A stretch of DNA of 64,000 bases from Octopus vulgaris (lineage: Eukaryota). Position numbers and translations under genes: made by a program. This document shows positions 54,340 to 64,000 of the stretch, piece by piece. The stretch lies in contig OX597814.1 of the NCBI GenBank assembly GCA_951406725.2, positions 47,244,001 to 47,308,000 of the forward strand, in the 5' to 3' direction. Below the pieces are notes generated by a model. The model ran no database searches. It had not been told where the DNA came from and was given only the letters and a program-made list of their open reading frames with translations. How positions within the stretch are numbered: the stretch's first letter is position 1; every line of letters starts with the position of its first letter.

Positions 54340-54585
54340 TTTCCCAGAGGCTTAATGCTTTTAGCTTAAATCCCTGGCACCTGCTGGATTTGAGTAATAT
54401 CAGAGATAAAGGGGTGACACTACAAGAACTTTCTGGACCCTGACTGATGAGCTAATCAGCTGCAAATGATCTGTGTATCTTGTTTTTGTCCTGTTTGCCG
54501 TTTGTCATGCTCTCGTCTATTTTTCCGCACTTTGTGATTTGTTGGTTTCTGTTTGTTGTGTTCTTTCTGTTCTACCTCTGATTTA
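54340..54585 (+). mobile_element. Probable Penelope-like element 3' end
   Basis: LKSLAPAGF resembles the GIY-YIG C-terminal LxTLxPxGLN; then CTGATGA-GCT-AATC-AGC, a T-rich tail and (TA)n. Confidence 0.5.
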
Positions 54586-54609
54586 TATATATATATATAT
54601 ATATATATA

Positions 54610-55050
54610 AAATCAAATCAAAATCGAAATCGATCAACATCAATGGAATTTGTAGTTGTGGTACCAGTGCCGATGGCACATAAGAGAACCATCTGAACGT
54701 GGCCGTAGCCAGCACCGCATCGACTGGCCTCCGTGCTGGTAGCACGTAACAAACACCATCCGATCGTAGCCATGCCAGCCTCGCCTGGCCTCCGTGCCGG
54801 TGGCACATAAAAAGCATCATCCGAGCATGGCCGTTCACCAGTCTCGTCTGGCACCTGTGTCGGTGGCACATAAAAAGCACCCACTACACTCACAGAGTGG
54901 TTGGCGTTAGGAAGGGCATCCAGCTGTAGAAACACTGCCAGATATGACTGGCCTGGTGCAGCCTTCGGGCTTCCCAGACCCCAGTTGAACCATCCAACCC
55001 ATGCTAGCATGGAAAGCGGACGTTAAACGATGATGATGATGATGATGATG
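54610..55050 (+). mobile_element. Young RTE 3' end (family C)
   Basis: CpG-rich, four tandem units, (GAT)n tail. Confidence 0.85.
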
Positions 55051-55624
55051 ATACATATATAAAAGAGAGATTCTGTCTGTTTATGTGTTTGTTCGTTTGT
55101 CCACCAAAATGAAAACAAATGGTTTTAGGGAATCTATTATGCTTTTTCTACATCTCCTATTATGCTATTGCCTAATTTGTCTGAACAAAAATTATGCAAT
55201 GGTACAAAACTAATTCTGAACAAACCTATGATGAACTGCATTGAGGTTGTGCTTAAAGTGACACCATCTTCATTCCTCACATATCAGTTACACCAGTTTC
55301 CTATCACACTTTCTTTTGTCATGAGCATTAATAAAACTCAGAGCCAAACACTTAAAGTAATATTCTATATGATATAGCTATTCTTCTAGATTCATTCACA
55401 TTCAGACTGAATCTTTCAATTCTCTTTTGGCATACCGCATATTCAAACGTCAAAAGGAACAGTGACAAATGGATGTTCCACTTGACCTGTAGCCTTTTCA
55501 GTACCATCACAGTCACCCAGATTCCATAAAGCTATTCTTCTATATGATATACAAATTTTTCAAGCTTCTCAGCCCGAGAAACAGTAAAAGTAATTACCCG
55601 ATTAATGATGAGTATTACTGGTAG
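55051..55624 (+). mobile_element. Deleted Helitron with Pif1 helicase remnant
   Basis: PIMLLPNL..KLCNGTKL...QFPITLSFVMSINKTQSQTL (Pif1 motifs LCNGTRL and QFP..LAFAMTINKSQGQT); decayed 3' hairpin and GTAG|T end. Confidence 0.8.
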
Positions 55625-55760
55625 TATATATATAAAGAGACCAATAGAATAAGTACCTGGCTTACAAAGAATAAGTCCTGGGGTTGATTTCTTTGACTAA
55701 AAGGAGATGCTCCAGCATGGCTATAGTCATCTGACTGAAACAAATAAAAGAATATATATA

Positions 55761-57011
55761 CAGGGTGCATAAGGTATTTGAGGTCAGATTTATGTTTATA
55801 AAAATACAGATATATTATAACAGATAATAACTTTATTCATCAAAAAAATGCTATGAGGATAAAAATATGCCTTCTTTTCTATAATGTTATTCAATGAAGC
55901 CATCTTCAGTTTAAATAACTGGTTCTATATGAGATCTGAATTATCTACATGCTCGAATCAAGTGGTCCTGGTTCATTTTGGACATTACTCTGACTATGAC
56001 AGCTTTCATAGTATCTGTGGTGTTATGGGTGTGTTCACTGATCACTCTCTCCACATGTAATAGTCCAATGGATTGGGATCTGGGGAATTACAAAGCCAAA
56101 TGTTAGAGGTTATGTGATCATAAAAATTTTCAGCCATCCATCCCTGTGTTACTAGACCTATGTGTGATAGTGCTGAGTCTTACTGAAACACATATGACCT
56201 TCCATTGCATACACTGTCTATCCAGGGCTTAACAATTATTTCCAGGACCTCAATGTAGGCAGCAGAGTTAATTCTAAGGCTTTGTGGAAAGAAGTAAGGA
56301 GGCATCATATGTCCTTCATTACTGACAACCCCCAAAACCATGACAGTTGCAAGAAATTTTGTATGCATAACACTTGAAATTTCAGAAGGATCTGCACATA
56401 ACCATCTGTCATTTCTTCTGTTAACTTTTTGATCTTGGTCAAAGTTTTTCTTGTTTGAGAAAAACCAAATCAAATTTTCTTCTGCTGGATTTTTCAGTTT
56501 GTTTAAGAGCTTGTTAAATCTGATGTCGTGATTTTCTTTTGCTTTTTCTGACAAATTGACCTTTCTTCATCATATAAAACATATCTGATGTTTTTGTGGA
56601 CAATATTTCTGACTGTTCCTTCTGACACATGGAGATCTTTTGCAATTGACCTCTTGGACTTTCTGGGATTGTAATCAATGGTCTGTTGAACTTGCTGGAT
56701 AAATTCAGGTGTTCTGATGATTTCAGAGCATTTAGAATGTTTTTTATGATTTGATACTGGTGATACGTTTCCATCTGCAGTCCCTAGCTCCTTACAAATC
56801 CCGTAGACAAAAGATCTGGCAACTTTTAAAAGTTGATATATTTCTAAATCACTATGCTGAGCCTTTATAACCACAATAACAGCATGCCTCTTCATTTCTT
56901 GAATAAGCTGAGGGTTTGCCATTATTATTTTCTGAAGCAAAAATTATACAGAGTTAGCAAAAAATGCAGCAATGACCCCAAAAAGTTATGTCCTCAAATA
57001 CCATATGTACA

Positions 57012-57014
<3 letters not shown>
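55761..57014 (-). mobile_element. maT (DD37D) Tc1/mariner-superfamily transposon, inactivated
   Basis: TA-flanked TIRs cagggtgcataaggtatttgagg / cctcaaataccatatgtacactg; transposase VFQ*DSALSH...NSPDPNPLDY with 37 residues between the last two Asp. Confidence 0.92.
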
Positions 57015-57054
<40 letters not shown>

Positions 57055-58384
57055 TGATGTATTACGAAATTTGTTTTGACTGGGACTCTGATTTTCACCT
57101 GAAAGCATATTCAAGCATTATATATACACACACACATTATAGACATATGTATGAATTTGTTGCAAATCCTTATAACAGAATTACTAGTTAGTAATTAATC
57201 CAACAAATTCTGTAAACCTCTAGATTTCTGATGAACCAATGCTAACAACAAAATGATGCCTTGATTTAGATCAAGTTGAATAAATAAACCTAAATAAACC
57301 TTATTATAAAAATAAGAGTCAAAATAAATTTAACTAGACCTAATCCCATATCAGATGAGAGAACCATATATAACTAGGATCTTAGTTGGGAGTAACATCG
57401 ATCTACCAAAGACCATAAAAATATGTTAGAGTAAAGTATGAACCAATTGAGTGAGTATTTAAATAACTACATAAACATCACAGTTAGTGGTCAATCTAAA
57501 TAGACATCCTATCATGAGCTGTTCGACTCTGTGTGTTTGTGTATATGTGTGTGTATGTTTCATTTTAGTCTCTGTGTGACATTTTGGGCAAGCATTTTCT
57601 ATTTTAGCCACAGGTTAATCAATATTCTCCATGTAAATTTGGTAGACAAAACCTCTCTCGCACTCAATCAATGAATGAAGAAATGCTTATTATTACTAAT
57701 GGCTCTGAATAGTACCAGAGTCAAGGCTAAGAGGTCATTTTGTATATTCTCTTGAAGGGATGATGAGAAAGAGAAATAGAAGTTGCCAGATGTTATAAAT
57801 CTGCACCACCAGACTGTTTTGTCATTTGTATCATTAACAATGTTAATTAATGTAAAATTTTTTAAAAAAACAACAGAAAAAAAACCCTATCAAGAAACCT
57901 CTGATGCTTATGAGTAATTCAAATTCAATGTTTTCTTGAAACAATTAATTTCTATATAGATTAGGATTTAAATTCTAATCTATGAAAAGTTTTTGTTGTA
58001 CAATATTCTTAAAGGAACAAAAAATTATCCAGCATCTCGGGCTTATACAAATGAGCCTGGTAACCGTTAAAGATTAACTGGTATCTCTTGTCAAGGGCAC
58101 AAGCGACAGTGATACCTTTGATGTTTGTTGTGCACTTTGCTGTTGTTATTTGATTGCTGTTATTCTGTGTGTCTGGATGTAAAGAACAGGGTTGTTTTAT
58201 TTTTACCTTTATTTTAAAAATGGAGAAAGACTTAGTGCTATATATGAAAAATAAGCCGTTTAGGGTTAAAAACATTGCAGAAAAATGTGAAATTCTTCAG
58301 GCAAACTTGTGTCTTATGCAAAATCTGTAATGAACTTTAGTAATGCTGATGACCGGGAGTTGCCTCTGATATATTGGGGTCTTC

Positions 58385-58462
58385 ACAGACCCCAGTTGAA
58401 CCATCCAACCCATGCTAGCATGTAAAGTGGACGCTAAATGATGATGATGATGATGATGATAT

Positions 58463-58545
<83 letters not shown>

Positions 58546-58720
58546 CTACTCAAGGCACAAGGCCCGAAATTTTGGGGGAGGGGGGCCAGTCAATTAAATC
58601 AATCCCAATACACCATCGGTACTTAATTTATCAACCCTGAAAGGATGAAAGACAAAGTCGACCTCGGCAGAACTCAACATTTCGCCAGGTATGCTAGTAT
58701 TTCTGCCAGCTCGCCGCCTT
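58385..58720. mobile_element. RTE tail, (TA)n and minus-strand SINE B
   Basis: Family C 58385-58460, family B 58545-58720. Confidence 0.7.
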
Positions 58721-58787
58721 TATATATATGTATATTATATATTATCGTGAAGCATCTATATTCTATACTGGCATGGGTTGATGTATG

Positions 58788-58820
<33 letters not shown>

Positions 58821-60079
58821 TGATGACCTTGTCAAATTCTACTGTTATGCAGCTATTCATCTTAGGAAAAATGTTTCTTCTTTATCATTTGTATTTTTTT
58901 TAAAGCATAAAAGCTTCAGTGTAAGAAGACAAAAATATTTTACTACTTCACCTTTATGTATGGTCTCATCTCTGCTGTTATCATTTCTATTTTCTTGACT
59001 TTTCTCCCTATTTCACTTTCTCTCTGTTTTTCTGCCTGTCTCTCTCTTTGTTTCCTTATCTCCTCACCACCACCACCACCCCACACACACACACATATCC
59101 ACACTCAGGTTTCTTTATTTTTTTTAAACTTATCACTTCATCACAGTTTATTTTCAAAATTCATACATTTTAAGTCCTTGAAAGTAGCCTTTCAATCATC
59201 CAGCCCAGCAGTGTTTTGTTGCTTTTGCCATTGTCATCAGTGCGGCTGCTGTTGTTTTCTTTTTTGCTTTGTTTTCACGTCCTGCACTCTTACTCTTATC
59301 GGCTGTTCCATTATTTCTGCTCATCTGCCTTGAACATTATCCATCAACTCTAGAATATATTTATCTGTTAAATGAATTGTTTAGTGAATGGATATTTGTG
59401 TTAGCAGCAGCAGTGGTGGTAGTGTTTGTGATGGTAGTATTCTTGCGGGGTGTTGGATGTAAGGGTTTGGAAGCATAAGCAAACCTGCTTGAAGCTTCAA
59501 GGGACACACAGTGGATTCAGATTCAAGAGGACACTTTTAGTTGTTTTTCTGTATTTTCTCTTCCTTCTTTTTGTCATTTGCAATTTTTCTATGCTGTAAG
59601 ATGTAATTCACATCAAGATATGGACACCAACTTTCTTAATCTCTCTCTCTTCCCTCTCCTCTCTCTCTCCCCCTTTTCTTCTCTCTCTCTCCTCTCTCTC
59701 TCTCAACCTAGGTGGCTAGTTAGCCGAGGGTAGTTTCTAGTTTGTCTTTTTCGTGTATATGTGGGTTTGCATTAGTGTGTGTGTGGTCATTGCATTGTAT
59801 TGGTTTTAATTACAATGTCAATTTACAGGCTTCTGGACTGTGTAACTCTAGAAGGTAGCAGTGGACGGAGGAAGGTATTTTGTGTCTGTTTTTCCTTCAA
59901 ATGTTATTACTGCAGATAATGACAGTGATAGCAAAGATGATGGCAGTGTCACTGTTGATGCTGCTGCACTGCTCTGGGAATGTCTTTTACCGTTTCTGCT
60001 TTCTCATTTCAATATGCCTGCATATTATTGAGACATGCATGGGACAAAAAGTGGTGGGAAGTGAATTTGCATTTGCTCA

Positions 60080-60295
60080 TGTGTGTGTGTAAGTGTGTGT
60101 GTGTGTGTGTGTGTAAATGTGTAATATAAATCTATATATTTGTGTGTGTGTGTGTATAAGTGTGTGTGTGTATAAGTGTGTGTGTGTGTAAGTGTGTAAT
60201 ATAAATCTCTATATTTGTATGTGTGTGTGTAAGTGTGTGTGTAAGTGTGTAATATAAATTTATATATTTGTATGTGTGTGTGTATAAATTATATA
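60080..60295. repeat. TG-derived minisatellite
   Basis: About three copies of (gt)n-aagtgtgtaatataaatctatatatttgt. Confidence 0.8.
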
Positions 60296-61749
60296 TGCGA
60301 TTGTGTGTGAATATGGCTGTGGTGGTGGTGGTGGTGGGAGTGGTGGGGCACAGTGGCAGCAGGCAGTGGTGCTGGAACAAATACTGTCCTTTTCTTTCTG
60401 GATTCTGCCCCTCCTATCATATCTTCACCCTCCTCTGGTTTATTTAACCTTCTGCTGCTTTGTTTATTGTTTAGCCCCCTTCTTCTCTGCCCAACAGCGA
60501 CACCAGATACTTATCAAACACATGCGGAAATTCCCAGAATCTGGAGTCATGTTTCAGTACACTAACACCCCCACACCCCAGCTACATCCCACGCACCCAG
60601 GCTTTTTACACTGGGGAGGGGTTCCGATTTGTTGTTGTAATAGAAATTTTTAAGTCGTCCAGTAAGACTTAATTACCATACTGTACAATTGTTGGTGTTA
60701 CTGATCAGATGGATGGATGGACACATTGCCCTGTCCTTTCTTTAAAGGAGTAATGTAAAAAGAAATAAATCAATTGAAAATAGTTTTCCATTCATTGTGT
60801 TTATCATTATCAATAATCATCATCATTATTTTACCCATTGTTATTTAGAACAAGTCATCTCTAATTGAGCTGACTTAATCCAACCATAACCTTCCCTTCT
60901 GTTTTAGAGGTTTGTGGTTCTACATTATTTAGTGTATGTAATTTTTTTATTTAAAAACTATGAAATGTGATTTGAGGTAGATTTGGCTGCTATTATTAAA
61001 CCTTTGTCATCTCTAATTGAGAGCTGAATTAATCATCCATGACCTTCCCTTCTGTTTTAGAGGTTTGTAGGACTACACTATCTAATATGTAACATTTCCT
61101 GATTTAAAACAAAGTGCCATTTGAGGGAGATTTGGCCACTATTTCCAGCAGGCCAAATTACCATAGTGACCCCTTATACTATTGTTGGTTATTATGTTAT
61201 TATATGTGATAGCAACGGTGATGTTTTTTTTAATATGTTAACTAGCAAATGTACCACTGGTGGTTCATCAGACTTCACACAAATGTTATATATGCACCAC
61301 TGGTGGTACATTTTCATAATTTGAGAAAATATTTTACTCTGTATTCTTTTGACATGGTTTTCAGGATATCTAAATAACACGAGTGTTAAATATTAAAATT
61401 TAATTATGAAATGTAAAAAGGCAAAAAAATTACATTTCATTGTAATCAAACAGTATGGCTGGAAATATGTGGTGTCACTGGTAAGTTCTAGTAACAGGCA
61501 GCCGTGACAGTTAACATATTAATATCAAACATTATAGCACAAGATCCTAATTTTGAGAGAATGAGATCATAATAGATTAAATCAGCTCTAAATACTTGTA
61601 TATAATTAATCAACTCTGGAAAGACAAAAAAAGAAAAAAAACAAGGTCAGTTATGGCTGGATTTGAACTTAGAGTATGAAGGGATGTAATATTTTGTTTG
61701 ACACTTTACTGATCCTGCCATTTAATGTGCTCTTTGCAATGGTTGGTTT

Positions 61750-62120
61750 TATCTTTTGTCTTTTACTTGTTCCGGTCATTGGACTGCAGTCATGCTGGGG
61801 CACTACCTTGAAAGGATACAGTCAAACAAATTGACCTCAGTACTCATTTTTTAAGTTTGGTACTTATTCTATCAGTCTCTGTTGCAAACCTGCTAAGTTA
61901 TGGATATGTAAATAAACCAACATCATTTGCTGAGCAGTGGGAAGGGGACAAACACAAAGACACACCCACACATACACAACAGACTTCCACACAGTTTCCG
62001 TCCACCAAATTCACTCACTTGGGCTGTGTAGTAGAAGACACCAGCCCAAAGTGCTGTGCTGTTGAACTGAATCTGAAACCATATTGTTTGTAAAGCAAGC
62101 TTCTTAACCACATAGCCATT
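61750..62120 (-). mobile_element. SINE family A (diverged)
   Basis: Reverse copy of family A. Confidence 0.7.
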
Positions 62121-63903
62121 ATATTTTATATTTAGTACAGGCACAGTCACAGCTGTGTAGTTAGAAGCTTGCTTCAGCACAATGTAGTTCCAGATATTCA
62201 CTCTCACTACTTGGTACCTTGAGCTGGTTTCTTTTATCATCACCTTCAATTGAACAATACCTTGTGAGTAGAAGCATATGAGGTGTGAGTGTTCATGCAT
62301 GTATGTTTGTATGTTATGTTTTATGTTCATACACTATAGCAAAATATAACATATCTTGCTACAGTGCATGAACATAAAATATTAACATAAAGGAGAAAAA
62401 CAAAAACAATTCCTTGAGATATTTGTTCTTCATTGAGTTACAGATGCCTGCTGGTCATTCCTACTGTTACAAAATGAGCCAAGGTGTCACACAATGGGAT
62501 CAAACCAGGAAGCTCGTAGTTGAAGAACAAACTTTTTAACCACAATGTCATGTCAACATTCATATATAAATAACCAGTGTGTTAAATCCTTCCCCGTGTG
62601 TTTTCTGATAGTTTTTCACAACAGATATTTATGACAGATAACAACTACTGTATCATGGGATTAATTTATGTTAAATCTTGTAATATTTTCCTTTTTGGTC
62701 TTGTGGAAGTAATGAGAGTTAGCTATTTACAATTAGTCAGAAAATTTTATGATGGCATTCAGAGTTCTACTAATTCTTCTAATCCCACCCCACTTAATAC
62801 AATATCTACCAATAAGATACTGAATTAGATTTAATCAAACTAACTCATCTTCTTCATTTATTTTTACTGTAGTTGCTAATATTGTTTTATTATCATGTTT
62901 TTGTAACATTGAGCTTTACTCTAATAAAAATACTAACACTATAGATATATTTATTATAGTTGATCTTATTTATTCCAACTAATATTTGCTTTGCTGCTAT
63001 ATGAAGATCTGTCAGATATTTCTGGTAAAGGAAATAATGAGATGTTTGTGTTTGAGAACAGAAAAGAATAGAATAGAGTAACAGCAATTCACTAGTTTAT
63101 TTTGACACTTTGTTAATCTTCATCCTGCCTGGAGCATCCTTATTGCTTTGTGCATCCTTATGTCAATGTTAAGAATTGGTTGGCAGCTGCTGCTGTTTAG
63201 ATTAGTTGAACATTTCATTTGATATTCAATTTGTCTCTATCTCATTCACTCACTCTCTCCCTCACACACACACACATACACAAACACACAGCATGATAAA
63301 CAACAAAAGTTAAAGATAATACCAGGGGCAAGGCTATGCATGCTTTACAAAAGCTCTGAATGAATTTTAAATAACAAGGGAATACAAGCCTGCTACTGAT
63401 TGAGTTGCGTGTGAAAGAGTTAAAGAGTTGGATTTTAAAATCTCCTTTGGTTCAACAGAAAATTGTGATTAAATTTTGGGATTAATCTCATAATGGTAAT
63501 CAGTCTGTGTATGTGTTTGTGCGTGCGTACTTGTCACATCACAACATTTTCAGAATTATTGTTTGTCTCTCTGTTCATCTGTTATTGTGCAACTTAAATC
63601 ATTCACTTGCAGCATTTACTAACTAATAATAATGTGTGTAGTGGGTTGACATGTCAGTAGAGTATTTAGGTTTAGAAGATCTGAAAGGTCTGTCCTAGAA
63701 CTAAGTACATAGTTTGAATAATAAAGTTTCAGAAGTCTACATCTGTGTCTGGAATCTATAACATTGATCTTAAATCCCTGTCTGATTCCGTAAGACTGCT
63801 GTGTATGTGCAGCATGCACCCAAGTTTATATATATATCGCGTGTGTACTGTTGGCGATTTTTTCTTTTCCTCTGTCTTCCCTTCTCTGGATCTTTCCTTC
63901 TAT

Positions 63904-63938
63904 GTTTCCGACGAAGAGCTCCGCTCGAAACGTTAAAC
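63904..63938 (+). ncRNA. Minimal type I hammerhead-ribozyme-like motif in a probable Penelope-like repeat (63835 to window end)
   Basis: GTTT-CCGACGA-A-GAGC-TCC-GCTC-GAAA-CG-TT-AAAC: stem I GTTT/AAAC, stem II GAGC/GCTC, palindromic ACGT stem III; core has a U4-to-C deviation. Confidence 0.6.
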
Positions 63939-64000
63939 CCTCCTTCTTTCCTGAGCGTCCAATAATACTATATTTGTTCCACGTCCTCGCATTGTTGTGT

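Noticed and set aside
58174-58190. miR-1-like tggatgtaaagaa
   Set aside because: The seed differs from GGAAUGU, the 3' half does not match, and there is no precursor hairpin.
59829-60030. Possible two-exon unit and miR-184-like TGGACGGAG
   Set aside because: The implied intron is only 41 nt, the peptides are unrecognisable, and the miRNA match stops after 9 nt.

Overview
AT-rich, microsatellite- and transposon-dense animal DNA. The SINE, RTE-tail and (TA)n repeats resemble those of octopus or another coleoid cephalopod (inferred, not proven). The only host coding sequence I can support is three internal + strand exons of Notchless (NLE1/Rsa4, a WD40 60S assembly factor) at 2266-2421, 18646-18781 and 19705-19751. 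They are separated by 16.2 kb and 0.9 kb introns, and I found no further NLE1 exon in the next 44 kb. The rest is mostly mobile-element debris: tRNA-derived SINEs, RTE, CR1 and R4-like LINE remnants, two mariners, a DD37D maT element, piggyBac- and mariner-type MITEs, Helitrons and probable Penelope-like ends. Most notable are (1) four mutually unrelated long foldback palindromes anchored in (TA) tracts, (2) a minimal hammerhead-ribozyme motif plus a degenerate one next to a GIY-YIG-like remnant, and (3) truncated DNA elements bracketed by 48-68 bp duplications of host flank. Repeat boundaries were read by eye and are approximate.
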